From Phoronis australis (lineage: Eukaryota > Animalia > Phoronida), in contig NMRA01000364.1 of NCBI GenBank assembly GCA_002633005.1, forward strand, positions 317,383-381,382: 64,000 nucleotides of DNA, in the 5' to 3' direction. The position numbers were made by a program, and so were the translations under genes. Numbering within the stretch: the stretch's first letter is position 1; the number at the start of each line of letters is the position of its first letter. The notes under the pieces are model-generated. The model made no database searches. It had not been told where the DNA came from and saw only the letters and a list, made by a program, of their open reading frames with translations. Below are positions 38,701 to 50,984 of this stretch, in pieces.

Positions 38701-41700
38701 TTCCATTGGTCCTTGGAAAGTAAGTACATGCTAGCAGAACAGCAAACAACACGGAACATGTATCTCCAATACGACTAGACATTTTGATTTTCACCACGTG
38801 TAAAATAAAACAAAAGGCAGTGTTCCCATTTATGCGCGACAATTGGAATAACAATTCAACCACGATTTCATTGGAAATTGGCACTCCAGCGCAACTTTGA
38901 ATTTATTAAAAGTCAATGAAAGTTACTTTGAAGTCACCTGCTTGATGATCAGTCAATAAAGAAAACATCCACACTAACTTGATCCATGTTACTTTCCGAT
39001 AGAGAAGATATCGACTAGGTACCAAAATTTGTATGTACTCAAACCCAATTTATTCATTTGCATAATGTACCGTGTAATCTGTGTTTTGCCAGTAAACATT
39101 TTGCTCTGGAAAAGCAAGAAGACGCTGCAAAAGTTTTCCAATACAGGGCATTGATCAGCGGCACACATAGAGTGTGCACCGCTCAGCCAAAATATTGTGC
39201 TTTCTTTGCAACCTTCCAGCTTGACTGGGTTCAAATAAAGCTGATTATACCCCTTTGTACTGGGTCGAGGTTAGAACAAAGCCGTTCACACCTTAACCAA
39301 AACCAATATTGATAGCATTACTTACACAGTGGCTGAAATAACACACATTAAACGAGCCGAGAAATATATCACGGAGCTGACGATCGAATGATAACTTTTT
39401 TGTCTTTGGTAGAAAACAATGAGAGAGCTCAACACAGTTTTGTACCTGGGATCTATAGAGAGGGAAAGAGAGAGAAACGTGAATAGAATGGAATAGAATG
39501 AAAACAACAAATGGTCACAGGGGTTCAGAGTAGCCTTGTTTTGTGGGACCCATTAAAGAGACTACACTGTCCACTGGGCTGGCTCACAATGCACCTTTCA
39601 TGGACGAACAAAGCAGGCGGGGGTCAGAGTAAAGCATACAAAGCCGCTAGCTCTTGGGGCTAAAGAATAAACATATAGGTTTTGGAATTTGCATTCACTC
39701 TGCACAACAAAAACGTGCTGTGGAATTTCAATTTACTCAAGACCACCACCACTACCAGCATCACCACTGGGTGACCTGTAAACTCTGCTAACACTAAACA
39801 TCTTGGAAAACCTGGCATCAATAGATCACATGGATGGAATCTGAGAAGTGGCCTAACACACGCACACACTTGCACTGGCTCAAACAGCACCACACAACAC
39901 AACAATTGAGACACAAGTGCTGCCACTGCAGACAAAGGGGATTTTGACCAAGCTTGACCTCTTGGACATAAGAGAATACCTGAATTTCTCAAACACGTAC
40001 TATTGAAATATGCACAACACTACACAACAACCTGGACAAACACGCACCAATGCTAGACAACGGGCGACTGCTGATCAGGTGATGAGACAAATTCTACACA
40101 ATTCATTCGCAGTCCTTAAATACGAATGCAGGCCATTGAAAGGGCTTGTCTACATTTAGAAAAGCTACCGGTATATACCAAAACGCAAATTTAAGAATGA
40201 CACCATTGGACTGATTCCCTGATGGTGAATAAAGAACACAAGATTGTTTAAAACTATCAAAAAGTGTCAAATTTTATCCAGAGAATTAACAATACTAGAT
40301 ATACAACATAATTACTAGTTTATAAAGACAATCCCACCCCAGTTTCGAAATGAAGCGTGGCTCAAACTTTAACCGTTTGAGCACTTTTCGGTTCACCGCA
40401 GTTTAGAAGGGTACCCTGCCCACTTGGTGGCACAAAGCAGTTGGTAATAGCCTGCAGTATTGAAACACTTCCACATATAGACGAAAAACAAACTCAGCCA
40501 CTGTGAGCTGTGTTCACGAGTAAGTCTATGGATAATGGAGAAAATACCACCAACGAAAAATCTCTCACTGCGGGAGTCTAAAAGATGCCTGCATTGACCT
40601 TTCCTCATGCATATTAGAGATTTGTTTTGACAACTAAGCAGAGCCCAATGGTTGGAGCACTAGAAATCATCATCCGCCATCCAGTCAAAGAGGAAAGCAC
40701 TGTTGACTTAACCAGAATCACATGCGTGACTTGACCCCTACTCAAGAACAGGAGGCCTTCCAATAAAGATCAGTTGGCTACGACATAAAACAAAAATGCT
40801 TTGATCTCGAGAGCGGCAAGGATATCACTTACATGCTCGCCAAGTGATGCCTGCAGATAAAAAAGCTCAAAAAATAATCTGGCGACCAACTGAAGAAAAT
40901 TGTTTTAGCAATTTGAGACTCGGGCAACTGTGGTTAGCTATTCTCAGGTCAGTATTATGATGGGAAAAACAAGAATGCGAAGTCTGTAGAAGCAAAATTT
41001 CACATTTTTAATCAACGAAAGGAGTTTACAATTAAATTCTAAGAAGGATAGACAAATGTTGATTGATACTCATCGGTACAAAACCAATCTATGTGACAGA
41101 CAGTGGTTCAAAAATTATTATTTGAGAAGTTCAATATAAAGTCACAAACGGTTTGCATTTGGACAAAAAAAAACTTGACAGAATGTCAACAAGTGAACTA
41201 CCTCAAACAGACATAGTTTTCTATAGATATAAATGAATGGGGTTTTTTAGACCTACAATTCCAGTAAAAATTTAGAGCTAAAATTGTTAATACAGATTAC
41301 TAACTTTGCTGAAACTGCGTGAAATTTAACTAAGATGTCCCCAGTTTACAGCTGTATAGCCAAACTGTCCATTTTCCACTTTTCAATAGGTAACTTTTTT
41401 GCAAAGTATGAGAACCTTAGCAAGTGTTTTACGACACCAACAACTTTAAACCATGCTTGTAACTGACTAACATATCCTTAATCTTTACTTTTATGCAAAA
41501 ATTCAACAAAATAAAATTTCACTTGTCGACCATATCGTGTGCTAAATAAGTGAAGAACTAGCATGTTCTCTCTGAATCCGTTTTGCTGCGAAATTTGACC
41601 GCAAAAAATTCACTTGTCCTCCGGACTTCTCCATGCAACGCACTATGGAATTTTTACCATAAATCATGAATCATAACATCCATTGTTTAGAGGCACTTAA

Positions 41701-44029
41701 CCAGTCACAGCCACCCCCAACGCCATTCAATTACTATACGAAGCAATTTCATTACGAAACTGTCACATTTACAAAGTTGAAACCGTGGAAGAAGACGAAA
41801 CATCGCTGACAGAGAGTTAGGAACAGGACGTGCTAATGAAGCCGCAAAGCATTGGTCATGAGTTCTTAGTTTCCTGAGTGAGAAGGACTTCTGACACTTA
41901 CCTACAAGGAGTTATGTAACCAGCCAAGACTAACTTAAATAAACTGTTGAAAATAGCCATCTTGCATGGCAGGCACAGGAAACAGGCTGACCTTAAACCA
42001 CTGGTCAGATGAACAGTTCATCAGATGGATGTGGAATGCCAGTGTGGTTGGAATGAGTGGATGCTTAAGAAAACAAATCTCACAAAGAGAGCTGTGTCCA
42101 TTTCTCCCAGAGAGGAGACCTATTACAACGATCTCCACTCATTTCATACAGAGTTAACTTCCATCATTGTCATTTTTCGATTTTCTAAATGCGTGAACAT
42201 ATATACCATAGCTTAGTGCTAAACAATGGAAGCATTTGAAAACATTGCTTTGTGGCATCTACATAGCAAAAACCAAACCAACCACACATCTTTGTTCTTA
42301 AAATTTAACGTTTGAAATATTATCTTCCTACAGTGTGCCAAACTGACGAAGAATAACTATACTGCACTTAACTTACTTATTGATTATACAATTTCATAGT
42401 GGGGCGGAAACACGGATTGCCATTTTGTCAAATTTCTCAACAGAAATGAATATCAAGAGAAACTTACTTCAGGCTTAACCTCAGATTTTTTTACTGTAAT
42501 TTGTAAAACAACTCCTGGAATTTTTATCAGTAATTTAAACTAGAAAGACTAAAACTAATGTAGACCTTCGAAAAATGGAAATGTTAGTCAAATATTTGTG
42601 ATATATGACTGAAGAACAAGTGTAACTGCTAAACCATTGGGAGCTAAAACAAAGGAAAGCAATGTACAAAACGGACAATGGGTGCAATTTTTCAAGCATT
42701 AATAAACAATTAGCCAGATTCTGTGGTTAAGCGCGCTCACTGAAGTGAACTGCACAAATAACAAATAATTAATGGAGTAGCTCACAGGTAGAATTCACTG
42801 CAATTCAATTTTCGCTTCGCATGGAAAATAACGAGCCTGGAACCCAGAAAAAAGCTTCTCAAACGATTTAGAAGACAAGCTGTTCATTCATCAGTGACAA
42901 GTTATCACTGCCCTAAATTACAATGAAGCAGACACTGTCCAACAATTCACACTAGCACATTATTCAGAAGCAAATCTAGACCACCCAGTTGGCAATTGAT
43001 GTGCCACAGCTATGAAGCTGCAAAAACACAATGTGAATTTATGCCAGTTGCCAGCTCCAAATGTCACGAGATACAGCAGAAAGGATCTTGTTCCACCAGA
43101 ACAAAATACAGTCACATCACCCCACCCTCAATGTAAATTTGCAGTCTTTTTTCAACAGACTTCACCAGAAACGAAAACACTACCACCTAGTGAATCTACC
43201 TCCCACCCGAAGCAGTTGCTTTCGGCATTAACTATTCCTGTTATGAATAGTTATTAATAAATAAAATGTTTGATACAAAATGCCCCGAGCACACACTCCC
43301 GTTGCATCAAATTTTCATGCAAATTGCAAACATTCAAAACATTTCTCAGGCCCTGCATTATCTATGAAGCAAAAATGCTAGGCCAAATGTTCTCGACACC
43401 ATACCGTAACGGAGACTGCCATCACGGAATGATAAAATTGAATTTTTCAAACTGATAAAGTTTCGTTTCAGACTGTCACAACACTGGTCCATGCCATGCA
43501 ATAAGTGAAAATGCAATTTATTTGACAAATCAAAAGTCGCTACTTTACGCAGCAGCCAAGTAGATTTACCAGATCAATCCTGGATGCTAATTTCTTTGAC
43601 CAGGTTAAAGACAGGAGTCTGTAGAGAAATGATATGGATGCAAATTGATGGTCAATTGATCAATTTAGTATGATTACAGGTAAAATAGATAAACTGTGAG
43701 CTTTCTTACAACCTATGTAAAGCCAATTACCGCATTTGTCGATAAGTTGCAAATCTGCTTAATACATCTAAGACAAATGTTTCAAAGAACAAATACAAAA
43801 CATAACCAAGCAGAACTGCAAAGTTAACCTACTGCAACAAAAAAAGATTTAGTTGTTCACTCTCGTACGTATATTCAAGCGCCCATTAAAGATTACAGAC
43901 AGTGACATAAGCAGACTTAAAGAACTGAAATATGAATGGAATCAACATCGACAGAACTTAATTACTAATTTCCATCCAAGAACATAACCACAAGGCTACT
44001 TCACTGGACTGAAAGTCAAAAATACCTAC

Positions 44030-44940
44030 CCTGCATGGGCCTCTGGTTTGCGATAATCCGTACGGCACCGCGAACTCGCTGTTGCTTTCAGAAAGTCCTT
44101 GGTCAGAGGTAGAGTGACTTGCACATTTGAATTAGTCCTTGACTCTGTCAAATTGTCGGCAGTAAGTTCCGCATCTTCATGGAGCGTCGGCAACGCCTGC
44201 GACAGCGGCCGGGCGCTGTTAGAACCTGAGGTACTGGCCGAGCTCTGAGGGCTCTCACCGCCAGTCTGAATGTATTGCACATAAAGATCGGACTTGAGGA
44301 ACATGGGAAAGTGCACAGTCTTCATCGAGCACTCGATCTCTTGTTGAGCATCGTCGAATATGTCCCTGTCCATACCAGACTTGTTTGTGATTTTGTTCAG
44401 GATTGCTTGCTTCACGTCGGCCTTCAGAGTGATACTCGGCTCACCTCGAATGTACTTTTTGTAAATTGCTTTGATTAGATTCAACGTCCTCTCATCCACT
44501 TTGTCCTGTGACTTTAGACCCTGACACGCAAAATAGAACTCCAAGATATGATCGCATTTTTCCTGCTTCAAGTATCGCTTGAACAGTTGTACTCCATCGC
44601 CGTCAGCGAGTAAATTTGTTAAATCCTCTGCCCACTTTTTAAACGCTGGAGTGCTCGTTTCAGTAAACGGAGGCGAGTTGGACACGCTTCCCTCAATCCA
44701 TCCTGACCGTGTCTCATCTTCACCATCGGAACAACCCTTCGCCGAAGGTGTGATGGATTCAGCGCGCCGGGCAACAAGCGGGGACGAGAGACTCTTGCCG
44801 CTCTTGGAGGACTGCTGGCTGTGACGTGACCCACTACTCTTCGTTGAACAGAGTTCATTCTCTTCGCCTGGCACTGGCGGACGAGGGGCATTCTCAGTAA
44901 AGTTATTTCCCTCGAGAAATTTGGAAACATCGATGCTCAT
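44030..44940 (-). CDS. Axin: Axin coding exon 1: tankyrase-binding motif and RGS domain
   Basis: GCCACC-ATG context; RPPVPGEE motif; RGS domain KWAEDLTNLLADGDGVQLF...FPMFLKSDLYVQY; donor GG|gtaggt. The exon begins at 44960 after acceptor tctttcaag. Confidence 0.97.
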
Positions 44941-44946
44941 GGTGGC

Positions 44947-44955
44947 TTATATCAT
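44947..44955 (-). other. Minimal upstream ORF (ATG ATA TAA) 6 nt before the Axin start codon
   Basis: Minus strand reads GAACT ATG ATA TAA GCCACC ATG. Confidence 0.7.
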
Positions 44956-46605
44956 AGTTCCTTGAAAGAGAAAGAGCACATTGTTAGCACGGATGGCACT
45001 TCATAATCAAAACAGTTTCATTTGCCTTGTTGACTAAAGGCAAACAAGATCTGAGGTCGATACATCAAGCCATGGATTACTTCACTTCCCATGTAAATCT
45101 TTTGATCGCATTGAAGTCGACCGTCATAACCTAGAGGAGTAAGCAAATTGCTAATACGCAACAAGGTAATCCACTGATGCTCGAAACTAGACTGTCAGAA
45201 TAGCTACGATCATACCTGGACATTGGACAATATCAACAATTTCATTGATGTATGAAGAGACATTTCGGAAAGAAATATTTTTTTAGTATATTATCAAGTT
45301 ACAATAACGACGGTTTCGAAAGGTGCCCTTCTATGCTCAAAAAGGAACTCTGACTAGCAACGTGACTGGATCGTTTAGCAAGTTTGAGTGCATAATTTGC
45401 CAAAAAGCTTTTGGCGCATAGAGCACCTACAATATGGCCACCATTCGTGAGCTAGTTTGGTTCGCACAAGTCTGTGAACAAGAATACAAGAACATGAATA
45501 AATTAGCATATTTCAAAACTAAGCAGCAATCAGTGGTGCGGAGGATTATTGCTGCTCGGGCCACAAGATACCAGTGCCCCCCGCCCTTGGTTACGCCATT
45601 GGTAGAATAACACAGTGGTGGCAGTATAACAAAGTGACTAGTGATTGAGTGTAGTTCTTGTTATTCCATTGTCTCCCCGTTCACAATCTTGACTTTAGCA
45701 CTCAGAGTAATCAGCTGATGAATGAAAAACCAGGAGCACCATAATAACTCAGCCTTCAAAACATACAGATGACCAACAGGCATTACATTTAATTCTAATC
45801 AGCACATTAAAGATAAGTTCAACTCTATTCAACAACTTGTTTGTGCCAGTTTGCACCCACAACTAGATCAGCAAAGCCGATTCTTGTCCGCCATCTTGGA
45901 TTTCTGTTCCATTGGATATTTAGCCTAGAGTTCAGTTATACGATTTTACTGTTTATTGTTTTTTAAAGGTTGATAAACATTATTTGGAGATTCGTGCACC
46001 TACCACGGACAGAATAAATAATGAAAAATGGACCTATCGGTTTCCAATCTGACCTTCAAACAAACGCACACGGCGACTTCGGGACAAAGCTTTGTGACTG
46101 AGTTGCGAGTGTCAACTGCACTATAAACAGAACACGAGATACGTCATTTTATTCCGTATTTCCAACAAACAGAAATTTTCAAACGTTTAACAGCACGGAA
46201 ATTATTGTGTTAGATGCGTAGTGGCCTTACAAGCAAGACTCTGTCAACGCGAGTTTTAAAGAAATTGAATCAAAACCTAGCTCAACCTTGCTATGTAAAA
46301 CAATCGAGTCTTTGTTTGCAGTGACACACTTCCACAAAATTAAATCGTGTAACCTGATAATACTCGCGAGATTCATTGATAATACGTGCAATCCGTTAAA
46401 CCCACTACCTAACTTTTCACATGCAACAAATGAACAACAGTCTCGGTGAACGACACTCGACATTGTTAGGAGCCCCGAAAGCCGATACGTTTTCTATAAA
46501 TTCCCGATGTGAACCCCCAAAACTCAATAGTGAAAACTTGCCAAAGTACAGGAAACACGCGAAAACTTCACGTCCCGAAAAATGATAAGGTTAATCTTGA
46601 CATAC

Positions 46606-46680
46606 CTGTTATTTCGTGAAGTCAGTTCCAAGGACCAAGTGAACACTCTAAATGAAAATGGCGATTTGGGTTCGAAAAGT
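46606..46680 (-). other. Probable non-coding first exon of Axin (5' end approximate)
   Basis: Strong donor AACAG|gtatgt at 46606/46605; YY1-like CGCCATTTT inside; promoter motifs directly upstream. Confidence 0.6.
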
Positions 46681-46689
46681 TTGAATAAG

Positions 46690-46775
46690 CTAAACATCAA
46701 AGCACATGCCCGCCCGCCGACAAGCTTTACAGCGTGACGTCACCAGCCCTGTGAAAAGCCGCACCAATCACAGGT
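46690..46775 (-). promoter_or_regulatory. Putative Axin proximal promoter
   Basis: TCF/LEF site ACATCAAAG (46694-46702), GC box CCCGCCC (46709-46715), perfect CRE TGACGTCA (46735-46742), CCAAT box (~46764). Confidence 0.6.
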
Positions 46776-47769
46776 CGGCAATAATAAACAGAATGAGTTA
46801 CATGATCATTGTATCAAAAGGTAACTTTGTCCTCACCGACCGAGACCACGCAATACTCCGGCCGATAAATCGAGAAAAGACGTCCTTTGAACACGCAAAA
46901 ATACCGTCAAAGTCAATTTTCCAACAAGAGCTCAACTTAAGTATAGAAAAAGACGAACAATCATTAAAATTTGAAGAATGGGCCTCGCTGTATCAACCTG
47001 CCCACCCCTTAAAATCCGACATTCCATTTTTATGACAACAACGTTGGGAGAGTTCGATCCCTTGAAGTTTTGCGACAAGGTTAAAAGGGAATTAAGCTCA
47101 AAATTAGTTACATAACCAAACCTTTGTGTCGCATTCCGTTATTCACTATCGTTTGGCAGCATGCATAATGGCGCGAGGTGGGCAAAATTAGCTCAAAACC
47201 CCCATTATGTGGGCGAATTCTGCATCTCTTTATAGAGGATTATATGTCCCATTTGAATAACACCACAGTTCCGATACACTTTGAAGTTACGGTCATTGAT
47301 TTTGTATGAGATTTACTTACTCATACAACATAATTAAGACGTACCAGAGTCAAGTTGCATTTTTCCCAAACACAATTTGTAAGAACGTTGTTTCTTTCTA
47401 TATATCAGGTGTATCAATCTGCACACTACATATCACAAGTATGTAGATGTCTCTTGTATCTATCCTAGACTCGGAGACTCATCTACACTGTGTCAATGAT
47501 ATCTATGGTACATCTATATCAGATTTCGGATCTGCTAAAAATCACCACCTAAGGGCACTTAAATGGTCTAATAATTTAATTTAGTAATTTTAATGCTTAC
47601 ACTAAGTAAACTTACCATATGTTGATTAAGCAGGGTACAGGACAGATAGCCCAACATAGAACTACTGTGTGAAATAGCTAGGTTTACCTGAATGGTTGTA
47701 ACTGCGCTAGAATAAACAATTTGATTTTCCGGACTCAAATGGTTCATTCTTATTTGGAGAACAGATATT

Positions 47770-48490
47770 AAGACACATATTTTTGTTCATGTATGAAAGG
47801 ACTGAATTGATTTTTTTGTTTAAAAATGAATTTGAAAATTAGAAAATCAAGATTTATTTTTTTCATTTTCTCTGAAAAATTGAAAATGGAAAATTGGAAA
47901 ACTGGGCCAGCTATTGATTTACTAAAAATGTGACCCAAATTGCATGCATAAATTGATAAACAAGTCAATTGAATTTCATTTTTCTATTCACTTACTAAAT
48001 AGAGAATTCAGAAAATCAAATTTGCCTGTTAACCAACAGGTTGACCAATGGCCTCAATTCTTTATTTAGTGCAATGAGTGTATGACTGGACTCGTGGTGA
48101 GAAGCAATGTTTCCCTCTCATTGGTCGGCTAAGAAATTTGATTTTGATTGATATCCAAAAAGATTTGAGAGTGTTGTTTTATCGTCTCTTGTTCACAGAT
48201 TGGTAATGTGCGGAACCTTCATTTTTCTTAGGCTCTGATCTCGAAGAGACAACGCAAAACAGAAGTAGTGTTTCAATTTTCATTTTGTATACAAAAACAA
48301 AAATTCATCAATTGTCTCAATTTTCTAACTTTCGAAGGAATTGAAAAATAAAAAATGAACTTGAAAATTGGCCTGATTTTCAAAATTTTCAGTTTCCTTT
48401 TCTACTAAAAAATTGATTTGTTCCTTTAATGCACCTTAATAAATCGAAATTCTGGTGTTCATTTTATATAAAAATCAATGTACAATAGCG
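47770..48490. repeat. Degenerate AT-rich foldback-like element
   Basis: Many TTGAAAA/TTTTCAA motifs with loose inverted matches (~47797-47820 vs ~48407-48428; ~47890-47910 vs ~48368-48390). Ends not resolved. Confidence 0.35.
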
Positions 48491-48751
48491 TCTGTGGGCA
48501 TAGATGTAGGACCACAATCCCTGTTTAGCCAGTTTGGTGTTTCTGCAACAGAAGAATAAATAAGTGACCACATTTTCAGACCCCTCCTGGATCCGCAGCT
48601 GGTAAAAAAATTATTCAAGTATCATTAAATTTCACAAATGTCGGACAAAATTTTCCTAAATCATGGACGTGTGTACCGAAACTGATATTTTTCATTGTTC
48701 GAATGTTACTGATATAAGTGTGAATTTCCCTTTTCCACCTTACAGTAATTT

Positions 48752-49006
48752 CATGCACGCACCCATGGGGGGCTCGGGGGGCTTGAACGAGCCCCACCCC
48801 CATTTGACGAACTGGGCAAAAAGGTCCACCCCGGAAACAAAAATTCCCAGAAAACGAGATAAAAGTCCATTAAAAAAGACGCAGACGAATGGTTCTGAAG
48901 GTGATACCTCGTTTTTTTTATTTAGTCCACCCGATGTTTTGTCAGCAAAAGGTCCACATCGACAGAAATTCGAGCCCCCCCATTTTCAAGGCTGGGTGCG
49001 CGCATG
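48752..49006. mobile_element. MITE with CATGC(A/G)CGCACCCA TIRs; same family as 5753-5996
   Basis: CATGCACGCACCCA...TGGGTGCGCGCATG; flanks AATTT/TATTT (4/5 match). Confidence 0.8.
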
Positions 49007-49399
49007 TATTTTCAAGAAGTTTTACCATGTAGACCTATGTGCAGGGCAGCTGTACTCGACTCAACCTTGGATGAGGGCATGTTGGTTAAGATGTGAAAAG
49101 TGTATCCTATTGTAATTCTTGGAGACAATAACATTTTCTGTTTTTTTAACATTGTATTGTTCCCAATAAGACAAGTCTCATTGTTAGTCTTGGCAAAGTG
49201 TAGGCTAACCAAACTTAATTTTTGGTTAGATTTCTTTGTTCGAAATGTTACTCTTAGAAGACTCCTTTTCACACACAACAAATTACTGTGGCCTACGTTA
49301 TTAGTAACGATGACAGATGTTGAGCTTCATGAATGAACGTGATAACGTAAAACTCGTTTTTCTAAACTTCACCTTCACGCTACCTAGTGACTAATTTGA

Positions 49400-49445
49400 A
49401 AACAACCAATTGCTCAAAAGGTGACGCTAAAACAGGAAGTAGCAC
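49400..49445 (+). promoter_or_regulatory. Putative promoter of the penta-EF-hand gene
   Basis: CCAAT (~49406), half-CRE TGACG (~49422) and ETS site ACAGGAAGT (49432-49440) just upstream of the ATG at 49459. Confidence 0.55.
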
Positions 49446-49458
49446 AACAGATTTTCCA

Positions 49459-49467
49459 ATGTCTTGG
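49459..49467 (+). CDS. Penta-EF-hand gene coding exon 1 (Met-Ser-Trp)
   Basis: ATG TCT TGG|gtgagt. Phase 0 matches the next exon, giving MSWGQGSGWGQQ. Confidence 0.7.
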
Positions 49468-49654
49468 GTGAGTTGAGTTTTTGTCCCATTTTTGAAAATG
49501 TTCATCTTGTGTATGGTTACGAGAACTTTCAGGCCTAATTTTAATGCTGTGAATAACTCAAGAGATATCAGAGGGATGAGTTTTCACGCACTCTTTTGGT
49601 CAAAATTCATCGGGTTGATTGGCACAGTCACTGATCAACAACTGAACCAGGCAG

Positions 49655-49780
49655 GCACTGCCACTGGTCGGATATAGCGGTCCCAGATTTTGAGAACCAG
49701 GCAGTCACTGAATAACGTGCAGTTATTAAACTGGTTTTATAAATCAGGAACCGCTATATCCGACCATTGTCGACAGTGAC
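49655..49780. repeat. Short hairpin/palindromic MITE-like element
   Basis: TGGTCGGATATAGCGGTCCCAGATTTTGAGAACCAG pairs with CTGGTTTTATAAATCAGGAACCGCTATATCCGACCA. Confidence 0.75.
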
Positions 49781-50967
49781 TAGGCAATTACATTGCCCTG
49801 AATCTTGCCTGAATGCCGCAGGCATACAGGGGCGTAGGCAACACGTAGCAATCTAGCATCTTGGTTGGCCGGTTACTTAGGGGCTACAATACATTGCTTT
49901 GTGTACAAGTTTCGTCCCGTGTATTTTAAATGGGCGGTAGGTCAAATCCGGTCACCGATTAGGAGGTTTCTCCTCGTACAAAATACATTCCACAGTTAAA
50001 ACTATTGCTTAAAAAGGCGCTTACTTTCTTCAGTGGTCCTTTCTACTTCTACACATATCTTCGATGAAGCTTTGTTACGAGAATTAAGGTGACGTAAGAA
50101 TTCCAACTCCACTTTTTGGTCACCATTAACTTTTTCACCATTTGTGCGATAACCACAAAATATTTCAACTGAGTCACGCGAGTTAGGCAAAGGCTATAGC
50201 GAGACTGAGCGAAGCGTGTGACATGGCGCGTGACACTTGCAAAATAGCATGGGAAGATATCAGGTGAAATTTGTAAGATTTGTGTCCCTTGGACTTTTTA
50301 TTCGTCAACATGCGTTATTTTACGCAACTTTCTCAAAATGGCACCCCGTAAGAGAATCTTGAGCAAACCGCAACAGATTTTCATTGATTTGTTCAAATTA
50401 TCTTGACTGAATTGTCCCCAGAGTTATGGTATGTGCTAATTATAGCTCCATGTGCGTACATGCATGTTTCATTTGATTTTTTTTCCTGTATTTTGAAATT
50501 CGTAACTTTTTGTAGGGATGTACTATCGCCCCTGTATGCCTGCATCCAGGGCGATGTAATTGCCTAACAGGGGCGATAGTACATTCCCATAAAAAGTTAC
50601 TCATTTTAAAATACAGTAAATAAAATTGAACAAAACATGTGGCTTTGCATATATTTTTATAGAGCTATAATTAACACATACCGTGACTCTGGTTACAATT
50701 TAGTCTACATAACTTGAACATATCCATTAAAATCTGTCGCGGTTCGCTCGAGTTTCTCTCACCGGGAGCCATTTTGAGGCAGTTACGAGAAATCACAAAT
50801 GTTGAGGAACAGAAAGTCCAAGGGACACAAATCTAACAAATTTCACCTGATATCTTCCCATGCTATTTTGCAAGTGTCAAAATACACGGGACGAAAATAG
50901 AACTACAGAAAGCGAGGGGAAGTATTGTAGCCCTTAACTGGCCAACAGAGGGGCTATGCGTTGCCTA
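49781..50967 (-). mobile_element. Outer copy of a non-autonomous DNA transposon (TAGGCAA...TTGCCTA, 9-bp TSD), split by a nested copy
   Basis: Two pieces, 49781-49834 and 50567-50967. Flanks GACAGTGAC/GGCAGTAAC (7/9). Confidence 0.8.
49835..50566 (+). mobile_element. Inner copy of the same family in opposite orientation, with a perfect 9-bp TSD
   Basis: ACAGGGGCG (49826-49834)|TAGGCAA...TTGCCTA|ACAGGGGCG (50567-50575). Carries ~300 bp (49928-50230) absent from the outer copy. Confidence 0.85.
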
Positions 50968-50984
50968 GGCAGTAACCACCGGCA

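Noticed and set aside
45531-45601. Short CAGTGG...CCATTG MITE-like fragment (similar scraps at ~6915 and ~48580)
   Set aside because: Too short and degenerate, with no TSD.
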